In this document: positions 44,884-54,327 of the stretch, piece after piece
Position numbering within the stretch: position 1 is the stretch's first letter
Layout: each line of letters starts with the position of its first letter
NCBI GenBank assembly: GCA_963822795.1
Contig: CAWGJM010000045.1
Span: 58,497-122,496 of the forward strand
Length of the DNA: 64,000 bases
From: an uncultured Alphaproteobacteria bacterium
Lineage (GTDB): Bacteria > Pseudomonadota > Alphaproteobacteria > Rhizobiales > Xanthobacteraceae
Direction of reading: 5' to 3'
Translations under genes and position numbers: made by a program
The notes under the pieces: generated by a model
Seen by the model: only the letters and a program-made list of their open reading frames with translations
What the model was told of the DNA's origin: nothing
Databases searched by the model: none

Positions 44884-45612
44884 TTAAGCACTGGCTTTGG
44901 CATGACCGCCGAGATAGGCGGCGGCGATGGCTTCGTTGCCCCATAACTGGTCGGGCTTGCCGCCGAGCACGATACGGCCGGTTTCCAGCACGTAGCCGTA
45001 ATCGGCGACCGACAGTCCCATGCGCGCATTTTGCTCGACGAGCAAGACCGTGGTGGTACGCCGGATCTCGGAGATGATGCGGAACACCGCCTGCACGATG
45101 ACGGGCGCAAGCCCGAGCGACGGCTCATCGAGCAGCAAAAGCCGCGGCTTCGCCATCAGGCCGCGCGCGACCGCGACCATCTGCAATTGCCCGCCCGACA
45201 GGGTCCAGCCCAGCGCGTTGGAAAATTGACGGATGTCCGGGAACAGGTCGAACATTGCGTCCGCCTCGCGCGATATTTCCGAGGTCGGAGCGCGCCGGTT
45301 CGACGCGCCGAGCATGATGTTTTCCTTCACCGTCAGGCCCGGGAAGACCCGCCGTCCCTCCGGCACATGCGAGATGCCGAGCCGCACGATCGCTTCCGGC
45401 CCGAGGCCCGCGATCGACTTGCCGTCGAACAGGATATCGCCTGTGGTCGGCTTTGCGAGGCCCGAGATCGCGCGCAGCGTAGTCGACTTGCCGGCGCCAT
45501 TGGCGCCCAGCAGCGTCACCACCTTGCCTGCGTCGACATTGATCGTGATGCCGCGCAGCGCTTCGATTTCGCCGTAGCGGACCACCAGATCGCGGATCTG
45601 CAAGAGCGGCAT
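44884..45612 (-). CDS. Branched-chain-amino-acid-type ABC transporter ATP-binding protein (LivF-like)
   Basis: Walker A GANGAGKST, signature LSGGQLQM, Walker B LLLLDEPS. Confidence 0.9.
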   Translation of the reverse strand: MPLLQIRDLVVRYGEIEALRGITINVDAGKVVTLLGANGAGKSTTLRAISGLAKPTTGDILFDGKSIAGLGPEAIVRLGISHVPEGRRVFPGLTVKENIMLGASNRRAPTSEISREADAMFDLFPDIRQFSNALGWTLSGGQLQMVAVARGLMAKPRLLLLDEPSLGLAPVIVQAVFRIISEIRRTTTVLLVEQNARMGLSVADYGYVLETGRIVLGGKPDQLWGNEAIAAAYLGGHAKASA

Positions 45613-47399
45613 TATTCGGTTCCGAGATAGGCGGAGACGACATCGGGATGGCGCAGCACCGCTAGCAACTCGCCGTCCGCGATGCGGCGTCCGAAATTGA
45701 GCACGGTGATGTGCTGGGCCGCTTCGCTTACCAGCGTCATGTCGTGATCGATGATCAGGATGGTCAGGCCCTGGGCGGCGATGCGCTTGAGCAGTTCGTG
45801 AAGCTCGAGCTTTTCGGTGGAGTTCAGGCCGGCCGCGGGCTCATCGAGCAAGAGTAGCGTCGGATTGGCGGCGAGCGCACGCGCGATCTCGATCAGGCGC
45901 TGGTGGCCGTAGGAGAAGCTCGAAGTCAACTCGTTGGCGCGGCTGCCGAGGCCGACGAAGGTCAGCGCTTCCATGGCGCGCTCGGTGAGCGCTGCGTCGC
46001 CGCCGGCGCCGATCATCGTGTTGCCGGGCCGCTCGGCGCCGATCTCGACATTCTCCAGCGCCGTCATCGAGCGGAACAGGCGGATATTCTGGAATGTCCG
46101 GCCTAACCCCGCCGCGGTACGCTGATGCGGCTGCATGGTGGTGATGTCGGTGCCGTCAAGCACGATCTTGCCAGCGGTCGCCTTGTAGAGGCCGGAGAGC
46201 ACGTTGAGCGTCGTGGTCTTGCCCGAGCCATTTGGCCCGATCAACGCGTGCACGCCGCCGCGTTTGACTGCGATGTCGACGCCGTCGACTGCCTTCAGCC
46301 CGCCGAAATATTTCGAGAGCCCGGTGACCTCGAGCACGATGTCGCCGCCGACGGTTGCCGGCTTCAGTTGCAGCGCTTTCGCCGCACTCGGCGCCTTCGC
46401 CTTCGCCCGCCAACCCTCGAAGGCCGCCGCGACGAAGCCCCAGATGCCATCCGGCATGAAGCGGATGATCAGGATCACGAACAGACCGTAGATCGCAAGA
46501 TAAAGCCCGGGCACGCTCTTGAGGAAGCGCAGCCATTCCGGGATCAGGATCAGCAGGCCGGTGCCGATCGCCGAGCCGATCGGCGAGGCCACGCCACCGA
46601 GCAGGGACATGGTCAAGAAGACGATCGAATCCGGAAACGAGAACTGATCGGGGCTGATATAGGCAAATCCGCCGGCGAACAGTCCGCCGGCGAGACCGCC
46701 GAGCACCGCGGAAAGCGCGAAGGCGTAGACCTTGGTGTGGAACACGTCGATGCCGTTGACGCCGGCGGCGAGCTCGTTGTCGCGCACCGCGCGCATGGCG
46801 CGGCCGATCCGCGTGTCCGGCAGGTGCCAGACGAGGTAGCCGACGATCGCCAGCATCGCGACGCAGAACGCCAGATAACCTTGCGAGGTCGTGAACAATT
46901 CCGGCCGGCCGATATTGGAGACGCCGTCGGGACCATGGGTGAGCCAGATGGCGTTGATCATGACGAGCGTCACGATCTGCTGGAACGAGATGGTCACCAT
47001 CGCAAGGTAGTGCCCGCCGAGTCGCAGCGTCGACGCGCCGAGGAACGCGCCGGCGACCAGCGCGGTCGAGCAGCCCGCGAGCAGGCAAAGCCAGTAGCTC
47101 ATATGCAGATCGGTGGTGCCGAGCCCCACCGCATAGGCGCCGAAGCCGAAGAACGCGGCCTGCGCCAGATTGATCTGCCCACACAGGCCGAGCACGACCG
47201 AGAGCCCGAACACCGCAATCGAAAACGTCGTGGCCTGCATCAGGATGTTGAGGACGTAGCCGTCGAACTGCATCCTGGCGGCGAGCGCAACCAGGATCGC
47301 GGCGGCGATGAAGTATGGCAAATGCCGCAGCAGCAACGGCTTGGTGCGGATGACAGGCATTGCCAGGTTTTCGGGCAAGTTTTCGCTCGGCGCGCTCAT
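45612..47399 (-). CDS. Fused LivM-like permease / LivG-like ATPase
   Basis: 595 aa. The N-terminal ~330 aa are polytopic membrane. The C-terminal ATPase carries GPNGSGKTT and LLLLDEPAAGLN. Confidence 0.85.
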   Translation of the reverse strand: MSAPSENLPENLAMPVIRTKPLLLRHLPYFIAAAILVALAARMQFDGYVLNILMQATTFSIAVFGLSVVLGLCGQINLAQAAFFGFGAYAVGLGTTDLHMSYWLCLLAGCSTALVAGAFLGASTLRLGGHYLAMVTISFQQIVTLVMINAIWLTHGPDGVSNIGRPELFTTSQGYLAFCVAMLAIVGYLVWHLPDTRIGRAMRAVRDNELAAGVNGIDVFHTKVYAFALSAVLGGLAGGLFAGGFAYISPDQFSFPDSIVFLTMSLLGGVASPIGSAIGTGLLILIPEWLRFLKSVPGLYLAIYGLFVILIIRFMPDGIWGFVAAAFEGWRAKAKAPSAAKALQLKPATVGGDIVLEVTGLSKYFGGLKAVDGVDIAVKRGGVHALIGPNGSGKTTTLNVLSGLYKATAGKIVLDGTDITTMQPHQRTAAGLGRTFQNIRLFRSMTALENVEIGAERPGNTMIGAGGDAALTERAMEALTFVGLGSRANELTSSFSYGHQRLIEIARALAANPTLLLLDEPAAGLNSTEKLELHELLKRIAAQGLTILIIDHDMTLVSEAAQHITVLNFGRRIADGELLAVLRHPDVVSAYLGTE

Positions 47400-48271
47400 G
47401 CTTTTTCCGCCACGCGCTCGCCGAAAATGCCCTGCGGCCTAAAGATCAGGAACGCCACCAGCACCAGGAAGGCGAAGCCGTCCTTATAGGGCACGGAAAT
47501 ATAAGCCGCGCCAAACGTCTCGATCACGCCGAGCGCGAGCCCGCCGATGATCGCGCCCGCCACGTCGCCGAAGCCGCCGATGATGGTGGCGGCAAAGGCT
47601 TTCAGCGCAATCGTCGAGCCCATCTGGATCGAGACGAACAGCACCGGCGCCACCAGGATGCCGGCTAGGCCGCCAAGCACCGCCGAGTAGATGAAGGTGA
47701 TCATGATCATGGTCGAGACGGAAATGCCGAGCAGCGAGGCCATCTCCTTGTCCTGCGAGGTCGCCTGCAGCTTCTTGCCGAGCAGCGTGTGCTCGAAGAA
47801 CCAGTAGTTGAAGATCACGAGCGCGATCGTCACCGCGATGATCAGAAGATACTGGCTGTCGAGATAGACCGGGCCGAGTTGGATGCCCGGCGTTTCGAAC
47901 CAGCCCTGTAGCACCTGCGGCTGCGGGCCGTAGATCGCGAGCACGGAATTGGCAAGCAGGATCGAGGCGCCGATGGTCGCGATGATGACGGGCAGGAAGG
48001 TGCGGTGGCGCAGCGGATAATAGACCCCGAGATTGAAGACCGCGCCGAGCAGCGCCATGCCGGCGAGCGCGAGCAGAAACGACAGCCAATAGGGCCAGCC
48101 GAGATCGACTGAAAATACCACCATCAGGTAGGCGGCGACCATGGAGAATTCGCCTTGCGCGAAGTTCACCACATTGGTGGCGCGGAAGATCAGCACGAAA
48201 CCGAGCGCGACCAGCGCATAGACGGCGCCGATGCCGATGCCAGTGAAAAGCAGTTGAAGAAAGAGATCCAT
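47396..48271 (-). CDS. LivH-like ABC transporter permease
   Basis: 291-aa polytopic protein starting MDLFLQLLFTGIGIGAVYALVALGFVLIF, as LivH-type permeases do. Confidence 0.9.
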   Translation of the reverse strand: MDLFLQLLFTGIGIGAVYALVALGFVLIFRATNVVNFAQGEFSMVAAYLMVVFSVDLGWPYWLSFLLALAGMALLGAVFNLGVYYPLRHRTFLPVIIATIGASILLANSVLAIYGPQPQVLQGWFETPGIQLGPVYLDSQYLLIIAVTIALVIFNYWFFEHTLLGKKLQATSQDKEMASLLGISVSTMIMITFIYSAVLGGLAGILVAPVLFVSIQMGSTIALKAFAATIIGGFGDVAGAIIGGLALGVIETFGAAYISVPYKDGFAFLVLVAFLIFRPQGIFGERVAEKA

Positions 48272-48313
48272 TTAGGGCGGCCGGTCAAAGAGGAACAAAT
48301 TCGCCGAAAAGCT

Positions 48314-48343
48314 TCGGCCTCCCCCCAACTTGGAGGAGGCCGA
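48314..48343 (-). terminator. Intercistronic hairpin after the binding-protein gene (partial terminator or mRNA stabiliser)
   Basis: TCGGCCTCC (48314-48322) pairs with GGAGGCCGA (48335-48343), between the SBP stop (48353) and the permease start (48271). Confidence 0.35.
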
Positions 48344-48352
48344 AAGCATGGG

Positions 48353-49498
48353 TCAATCGGTGAATTCGATGTGCTTGTCGAAGGTGATCGTGCCCTTCTC
48401 GTTCTTCACGATGTTGTAGCCGTGAAGCCCGTCTCCGTTCTGGTCGAAATTATATTCACCCTCGGCGCCCGGGAATTTCTGGGTGGCGAGGATGGCCTCG
48501 CGGATCTTTGCCGAGTCGGTAGAGCCTGCCTTGTTGATCGCCGCCGCCAGCACGTTGATCGCGTCGTAGGGCCAGGAACTCTGATTATCGGGTGCGACCT
48601 TGGCGATGTCGCGATAGGCTTTGCCGAACGTTTTCGCAGCGTCGCTGGATTCTTCCGCATAGTCGGCGACGCCGAAGGTGCCGTAGAGCGCAGGACCTGC
48701 GAGCTTCAGCGCGGTGATGTTGACGATCGAGGGCGAACCGACCCAGGGCATGTTGACGCCGAGCTGGCGCAACTGGCGGGCGAAAATGCCGAGGTCGTTT
48801 TCGAAGGTGAAGTAGGAGCCGAGGATGTCGGCGCCGGACTGCTTGATCGCGAGCACCACGGGCGTGAAGTCCTGGCTCTGGTTGGCATAGCCCTGGTCGA
48901 GCACGGCCGGCGAGCCGAGCTTCTCCAGCGCGGCGCTCAAGGCCTTGCCGCCGGCGGTGCCGAACGCGTCGGTCGAGTGCAGCACGGCCCACTTCTTCTT
49001 GCCGAGCGTGTTGACGCCATAGTCGGCGATGACGCGGCCGGAATAGCTGTCATTGGGGCGAAACCGAAACAGCCACTGATTACCCATATGCGTCAGGTTG
49101 GGATCGGTCCCGCCGATCATCACCGGCTTGCCGAGCTTGAGCACGTCCGGCGCCATGGCGTGGACCTGGGTGGAGCGGATCGAGCCGAGGAAGGCAACGA
49201 TGTCCGGCTCCGCGGCGAGCTTGGAGAAGGCCAGCACGATGCCGGGATTGGTGGTCTGATCGTCCTCGACGATCAGCTCGGCCTGCTTGCCCAAAATACC
49301 GCCGGCCTTGTTGACGGCCTCGAGCGCGAGCTTCGCACCCTTGATGGCATATCCGCCGGATTCCGCCGCGGGACCGGTGACCGGCGCGCACATACCGATC
49401 TTTATCGTAGCGGCTTGCGCCCTCGCGCTTCCGATGATGTGAGGGGCGGCAATACCGGCAGCGACACCGGCTGCGAAATCGCGTCTCGTCAGTTTCAT
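48353..49498 (-). CDS. Periplasmic substrate-binding protein (LivK/type-I SBP family), Tat-like signal
   Basis: 381 aa. MKLTRRDFAAGVAAGIAAPHIIGSARA signal, then a Leu/Ile/Val-binding-protein-like fold pattern. Confidence 0.85.
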   Translation of the reverse strand: MKLTRRDFAAGVAAGIAAPHIIGSARAQAATIKIGMCAPVTGPAAESGGYAIKGAKLALEAVNKAGGILGKQAELIVEDDQTTNPGIVLAFSKLAAEPDIVAFLGSIRSTQVHAMAPDVLKLGKPVMIGGTDPNLTHMGNQWLFRFRPNDSYSGRVIADYGVNTLGKKKWAVLHSTDAFGTAGGKALSAALEKLGSPAVLDQGYANQSQDFTPVVLAIKQSGADILGSYFTFENDLGIFARQLRQLGVNMPWVGSPSIVNITALKLAGPALYGTFGVADYAEESSDAAKTFGKAYRDIAKVAPDNQSSWPYDAINVLAAAINKAGSTDSAKIREAILATQKFPGAEGEYNFDQNGDGLHGYNIVKNEKGTITFDKHIEFTD

Positions 49499-49802
49499 TC
49501 AAACCTCCCTGGGGCCGGGCTTCCTTGTCGGCCCTTCTTGGTATTGGCAGTCCTGACCTAGTGACCGGGACCGCGAAACCGGGTGCTGTTTAAGGGCTCT
49601 CGCGCGCGGAGTAAATTGATATCGCGGTGATTTCGACTAACGGCGAACTCCGCCGCATCTTGCTCAAGCTATTTATCGTTAACGCTGGATCGCGAGCCTT
49701 ATTCGAGCCACTTCGCTGCAATGGCACCTGTGATCTGCTGCTCAAACGCTGTGCAGCGGGGCAAGCTATGCGTCCTATCCGCCTCATTATGCAAATTTGC
49801 GC

Positions 49803-50267
49803 CTACTCATCGGCCCCCGCGCTTTCCTCGTCGACGACAGCAAGCCCCGCAAGGCTCGCCTCCAGCGCGCCCAGCATGTCCTGCAGCTCGGTTAATTTGC
49901 GGGCGCCATAGCGCTTGGTGATCGCGGCATAGATGGCTTCCGACGAGGGCGCGACGACCTCCATCAATCTCACACCTTTTTCGGAGATCGACACGACGCC
50001 GCGCCGCAGATCGGCTTTCGCGGCCCGGCGTTCGATCAGGCGGCGCGCTTCAAGATCGCGCAGGATGCGCGACAGGCTCGGCCCCAACAGGAAGGCGGTG
50101 CGCGCGAGCTCCGTCACCTCGATGGCGTCGATGGCGGCGAGCGCGCGAAGGATGCGCCATTGCTGCTCGGTCAGGTCATAACGGCGCAGCGAGGGGCGGA
50201 ACTGCCGCATCACTGCTTCGCGCGCGCGGAGCAGCGACATCGGCAGCGAGCGGGAGAATTCGCGCAT
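49803..50267 (-). CDS. hpaR: MarR-family regulator, homoprotocatechuate operon repressor HpaR-like
   Basis: MREFSRSLPMSLLRAREAVMRQFRPSLR...LTEQQWRILRAL is a MarR wHTH, divergent from the hpa genes. The track ORF starts 23 codons further upstream (50336). Confidence 0.7.
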   Translation of the reverse strand: MREFSRSLPMSLLRAREAVMRQFRPSLRRYDLTEQQWRILRALAAIDAIEVTELARTAFLLGPSLSRILRDLEARRLIERRAAKADLRRGVVSISEKGVRLMEVVAPSSEAIYAAITKRYGARKLTELQDMLGALEASLAGLAVVDEESAGADE

Positions 50268-50357
50268 CGGCACGCGGTGGCCGGCCGCTTTGCCCGATTT
50301 CGCACAGGATCTTTTCGGTGATTTCTTCCGCGCCATCCGGGTTGCGACCGTCGCCAG

Positions 50358-50412
50358 GTTTGCACTGCAGCAAACATTGATTGGGTTTGATCCGAACCAT
50401 TTAACATGTTAA
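50358..50412. promoter_or_regulatory. Candidate operators in the hpaR/hpaH divergent region
   Basis: GTTTGC-N6-GCAAAC (50358-50375) and the perfect 12-bp palindrome TTAACATGTTAA (50401-50412). Confidence 0.3.
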
Positions 50413-50451
50413 TCATCTCGCCGCACGCTCCCTTTTTTTGTCGACCTTCGC

Positions 50452-51258
50452 ATGGCCCTCTCGAAAGAAGAAATTCGCGTCGCTGCCGAAAGCCTGCATC
50501 GGGCGGAGAAGACGCGCACGCAGATCAGACAGCTCTCGCTGGAATTTCCCGACATCACCATCGATGACGCCTATGCGATTCAGAAGGCCCGGATCGAGAT
50601 CAAGCTCGCCGAGGGGCGCGTGGTGAAGGGCCACAAGATCGGCCTGACCTCGAAGGCGATGCAGAGCGCGCTCAATATCGACGAGCCGGATTCCGGCGTG
50701 CTGCTCGACGACATGTTCTTTGCCGATGGTGGGCCGGTGCCATCCGACCGCTTCATCGCCGCACGGGTGGAAGCGGAACTGGCGTTCATTATGAAGCAGC
50801 GCCTTGCCGGCCCCGGTTGCACGCTGTTCGACGTGCTGAACGCGACCGACTTCGTCGTGCCGGCGTTGGAAATTCTGGATACGCGTGTCGAGCGGATCGA
50901 TCCGGAGACCAAGGCGACGCGAAAGATTTTTGACACCATCGCCGACAACGCGGCCAGCGCCGGCATCGTGCTCGGCGGCCGGCCGTTGCGTCCGCTGGAT
51001 GCCGACCTGCGCTGGATCGGCGCGCTATGTTTTCGCAACGGTCAATTGGAAGAGACTGGGCTAGCCGCTGGCGTGCTCAATCATCCCGCAACCGCCGTGG
51101 CCTGGCTTGCGAACAAGATCGCAGCCCTCGGGCTTGCACTGGAGCCGGGTCAGGTCGTGCTGGCGGGGTCGTTCATCCGTCCGATCGAGGCCCGCACGGG
51201 CGACACAATCCAGGCCGACTATGGCCGCTACGGCTCGGTCAGTTGCTATTTCGCTTAA
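50452..51258 (+). CDS. hpaH: 2-oxo-hept-3-ene-1,7-dioate hydratase
   Basis: 268-aa MhpD/HpcG-type hydratase sequence (DDAYAIQ......G....GHKIGLTSKAMQ) in hpa context. Confidence 0.8.
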   Translation: MALSKEEIRVAAESLHRAEKTRTQIRQLSLEFPDITIDDAYAIQKARIEIKLAEGRVVKGHKIGLTSKAMQSALNIDEPDSGVLLDDMFFADGGPVPSDRFIAARVEAELAFIMKQRLAGPGCTLFDVLNATDFVVPALEILDTRVERIDPETKATRKIFDTIADNAASAGIVLGGRPLRPLDADLRWIGALCFRNGQLEETGLAAGVLNHPATAVAWLANKIAALGLALEPGQVVLAGSFIRPIEARTGDTIQADYGRYGSVSCYFA

Positions 51259-51283
51259 CTCTCTAACGTGGAGTGATCCCGCC

Positions 51284-51682
51284 ATGCCGCATTTCACGAT
51301 CGAATATTCCGCCAATCTCGACACGCGTCTCGATATGGGAAAGGTGGTCGAAGTCGTCCGCAAGGCGGCGGTCGAGACCGGCATCTTCCCGCTCGGCGGC
51401 ATCCGCGTCCGCGCCGTCAAATGCAAGCACTATGCGATCGCCGACGGTAACCCGCAGTTCGGCTTTCTCGACGTGGTGCTGCGGCTTGGCGAGGGCCGCG
51501 ATCTCGCGATCCGCAAGAAGGCCGGGGAACAGATATTCAAGGCGCTGTCGGCCTACCTCGATCCGGTGTTCGCGCAAAGCAAGTTCGCGCTGTCGTTCGA
51601 CATGCAGATCAACGACAAGGAGACCAGCTGGAAGCGCAACAACATCCACGAAGCGCTGAAGCCGGAGGCGGCCCATGGATAA
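51284..51682 (+). CDS. hpaF: 5-carboxymethyl-2-hydroxymuconate isomerase
   Basis: MPHFTIEYSANLD... is the classic CHMI N-terminus. 132 aa. Start at the ATG at 51284 after GTGGAG. Confidence 0.85.
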   Translation: MPHFTIEYSANLDTRLDMGKVVEVVRKAAVETGIFPLGGIRVRAVKCKHYAIADGNPQFGFLDVVLRLGEGRDLAIRKKAGEQIFKALSAYLDPVFAQSKFALSFDMQINDKETSWKRNNIHEALKPEAAHG

Positions 51683-53213
51683 AGTCGCGACGAAATCGGA
51701 TCTGTTTCGCGCAAATCTCGATCGCGCCGCACCGCTGCTGGCAAAACTGAAGGCCGAGGGCATCGGGCACATGATCGACGGCAAGACCGTGCCGTCTGTC
51801 TCGGGCGCAACCTTCGAGACCAGATCGCCAATCGACGGCGCGGTGCTGGCCAAGGTCGCGCGCGGCAATGCGGAGGATATCGACCGCGCCGCAACCACGG
51901 CTGCGCTTGCCTTCAAGTCCTGGCGCGACATCGGCGCTTCGATGCGGCGAAAACTGCTGCATCGTGTCGCCGACGCGATCGAGGACCGTGCCGACGATAT
52001 CGCGGTGCTCGAGTGCATCGACACCGGACAGGCCCACCGCTTCATGGCTAAGGCCGCGATCCGGGCGGCGGAAAATTTCCGCTTCTTCGCCGACAAGTGT
52101 ACCGAGGCCCGCGACGGGCTAAACACGCCGAGCGAGGAGCATTGGAACGTATCCACCCGCGTGCCGATCGGCCCGGTCGGTGTGATCACGCCGTGGAACA
52201 CGCCGTTCATGCTCTCGACCTGGAAGATTGCCCCTGCTCTCGCCGCCGGCTGCACGGTGGTGCACAAGCCCGCGGAATGGTCGCCGGTCACGGCCGATTT
52301 TCTCGCAAAGCTCGTCAAGCAGGCGGGTATTCCCGATGGCGTGCTCAACACCGTGCACGGCATCGGCGAGGAAGTCGGCAAGGCGCTGACCGAGCATCCC
52401 GCGATCAAGGCGATCGGCTTTGTCGGCGAGAGCGCGACAGGCTCAGCGATCATGGCGCAGGGCGCGCCGACCTTGAAGCGGGTGCATTTCGAGCTCGGCG
52501 GCAAGAACCCGGTGATCGTGTTCGACGACGCCGACCTCGACCGCGGGCTCGATGCTGTCGTCTTCATGATCTACTCGCTGAATGGCGAGCGCTGCACCTC
52601 GTCGAGCCGGTTGTTGATCCAAGAGGGCATTGCGGAAAAATTCATCGAAAAACTCACGGCGCGCGTGAAAGCGCTGAAGGTCGGCCATCCCCTTGATCCC
52701 GCGACCGAGATCGGGCCCCTGATCCACGAGCGGCATCTCGCCAAGGTCTGCGCCTATTTCGACGTCGCGCGGAAGGACGGCGCGGTAATCGCGGTCGGCG
52801 GCAAGCCGCATGACGGCCCCGGCGGCGGGCACTACGTGCAGCCGACGCTGGTCACCGGCGCGCACGCGAACATGCGCATCGCGCAGGAAGAAGTGTTCGG
52901 GCCGTTCCTCACTGTGATCCCGTTCCGCGACGAAACCGACGTGATCGAGATCGCCAACGGCGTGAATTACGGCCTGACCGGCTATGTCTGGACCGGCGAC
53001 ATGGGCCGCGCGCTGCGCGTCGCGGACGCGCTCGAGGCCGGCATGATCTGGCTCAACTCGGAAAACGTTCGCCATTTGCCGACCCCGTTCGGCGGCATGA
53101 AAGCCTCCGGCATCGGCCGCGACGGCGGCGACTACTCGTTCGACTTTTACATGGAGACCAAGCATGTCTCGCTGGCGCGAGGCACGCACAAGATTCAGAG
53201 ACTGGGAATTTGA
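51675..53213 (+). CDS. hpaE: 5-carboxymethyl-2-hydroxymuconate semialdehyde dehydrogenase
   Basis: ALDH motifs FELGGKNP and NGERCTSSSR (catalytic Cys). 8-nt overlap with hpaF. Confidence 0.85.
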   Translation: MDKVATKSDLFRANLDRAAPLLAKLKAEGIGHMIDGKTVPSVSGATFETRSPIDGAVLAKVARGNAEDIDRAATTAALAFKSWRDIGASMRRKLLHRVADAIEDRADDIAVLECIDTGQAHRFMAKAAIRAAENFRFFADKCTEARDGLNTPSEEHWNVSTRVPIGPVGVITPWNTPFMLSTWKIAPALAAGCTVVHKPAEWSPVTADFLAKLVKQAGIPDGVLNTVHGIGEEVGKALTEHPAIKAIGFVGESATGSAIMAQGAPTLKRVHFELGGKNPVIVFDDADLDRGLDAVVFMIYSLNGERCTSSSRLLIQEGIAEKFIEKLTARVKALKVGHPLDPATEIGPLIHERHLAKVCAYFDVARKDGAVIAVGGKPHDGPGGGHYVQPTLVTGAHANMRIAQEEVFGPFLTVIPFRDETDVIEIANGVNYGLTGYVWTGDMGRALRVADALEAGMIWLNSENVRHLPTPFGGMKASGIGRDGGDYSFDFYMETKHVSLARGTHKIQRLGI

Positions 53214-53219
53214 TCAGCC

Positions 53220-53299
53220 GTCATTCCGGGGCGATGCGGAGCATCGAACCCGGAATCTCGAGATTCCGGGTCTGGTCCTTCGAACCATCCCGGAATGAC
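53220..53299. repeat. REP family E element inside the hpa operon
   Basis: Terminal IRs GTCATTCCGGG/CCCGGAATGAC flank a perfect 24-bp palindrome, ACCCGGAATCTCGAGATTCCGGGT (53248-53271). The element fills the hpaE-hpaD gap. Confidence 0.75.
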
Positions 53300-53319
53300 A
53301 TGGACAAGGACATCTCAAC

Positions 53320-54303
53320 ATGCCCGTTCCGCAACACGTCTTCGATCCGCCGTTTAGCATCGTCCGCTGCAGCCATGCCGTGCTTGACGTGACCGACCTC
53401 GACGCCAGCCGCAAGTTCTATGAGACCACTGTCGGCCTCCATGTCGAGGATCGTGACGACAACGCGGTTTACCTGCGCGGCAGCGAGGAGCATCAGCATC
53501 ACTCGCTGGTGCTGCGAAAGGCGCAGACCGCCGCCTGCAACCGCCTTGGATTCAAGGTCGGCAACGAAGCCGATCTCGACAAGGCCGCATCGTTCTTTTC
53601 CGAAAATGGCATCGCCTGCGCGTTCACCGAGCAGCCGTTCCAGGGCCGCACGCTGCAATTCACCGATCCCTTCGGCTTCCAGATCGAGCTCTATGCCTCG
53701 ATGGAGAAGCGTCCGCATCTGCTGCGGCGCTACGACCTCTACAAGGGCTGCCATCCGCAGCGGCTCGATCATTTCAACGTGTTCGCCGCCGAGGTCCAGG
53801 GCACCATGGACTTCTATGCCCGGCTCGGTTTCCGCCTCACCGAATATGCCGAAGAAGACGGGCCGCAGGGCCGCATCGCAGCCGCCTGGCTGCATCGCAA
53901 GGGCAATGTGCACGACTTCGCCATCACCAACGGCAAGGGCCCGCGCCTGCACCATTTCGCCTATTGGGTGCCGACCGCGATGAACATCCTGCACCTCTGC
54001 GACGTGATGGCTTCCAGCGGATACCTGAAGAACATCGAGCGCGGGCCCGGCCGCCACGGCATTTCCAATGCGTTCTTTCTCTATATCCGCGATCCCGACG
54101 GCCATCGCCTCGAGCTCTACACCAGCGACTATTTCACGATGGACCACGATCACGCGCCGATGCGCTGGTCGTTGAAAGACCCGCGCCGGCAAACGCTTTG
54201 GGGCGCGCCGGCGCCGCGCTCCTGGTTCGAGCAGGGCTCGCCATTCACCGGACAAAAGGTGCGCGAACCGCTGTTCGTCGCCGACGTAACGGTTGCGGAT
54301 TAA
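53320..54303 (+). CDS. hpaD: 3,4-dihydroxyphenylacetate (homoprotocatechuate) 2,3-dioxygenase, type-I extradiol (VOC fold)
   Basis: 327 aa with two VOC modules (CSHAVLDVTDLDASRKFY...; HFNVFAAEV...). This is not the LigB-type enzyme. hpa context. Confidence 0.75.
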   Translation: MPVPQHVFDPPFSIVRCSHAVLDVTDLDASRKFYETTVGLHVEDRDDNAVYLRGSEEHQHHSLVLRKAQTAACNRLGFKVGNEADLDKAASFFSENGIACAFTEQPFQGRTLQFTDPFGFQIELYASMEKRPHLLRRYDLYKGCHPQRLDHFNVFAAEVQGTMDFYARLGFRLTEYAEEDGPQGRIAAAWLHRKGNVHDFAITNGKGPRLHHFAYWVPTAMNILHLCDVMASSGYLKNIERGPGRHGISNAFFLYIRDPDGHRLELYTSDYFTMDHDHAPMRWSLKDPRRQTLWGAPAPRSWFEQGSPFTGQKVREPLFVADVTVAD

Positions 54304-54327
54304 GGCTATGCTCAAGACGAGAACGTC

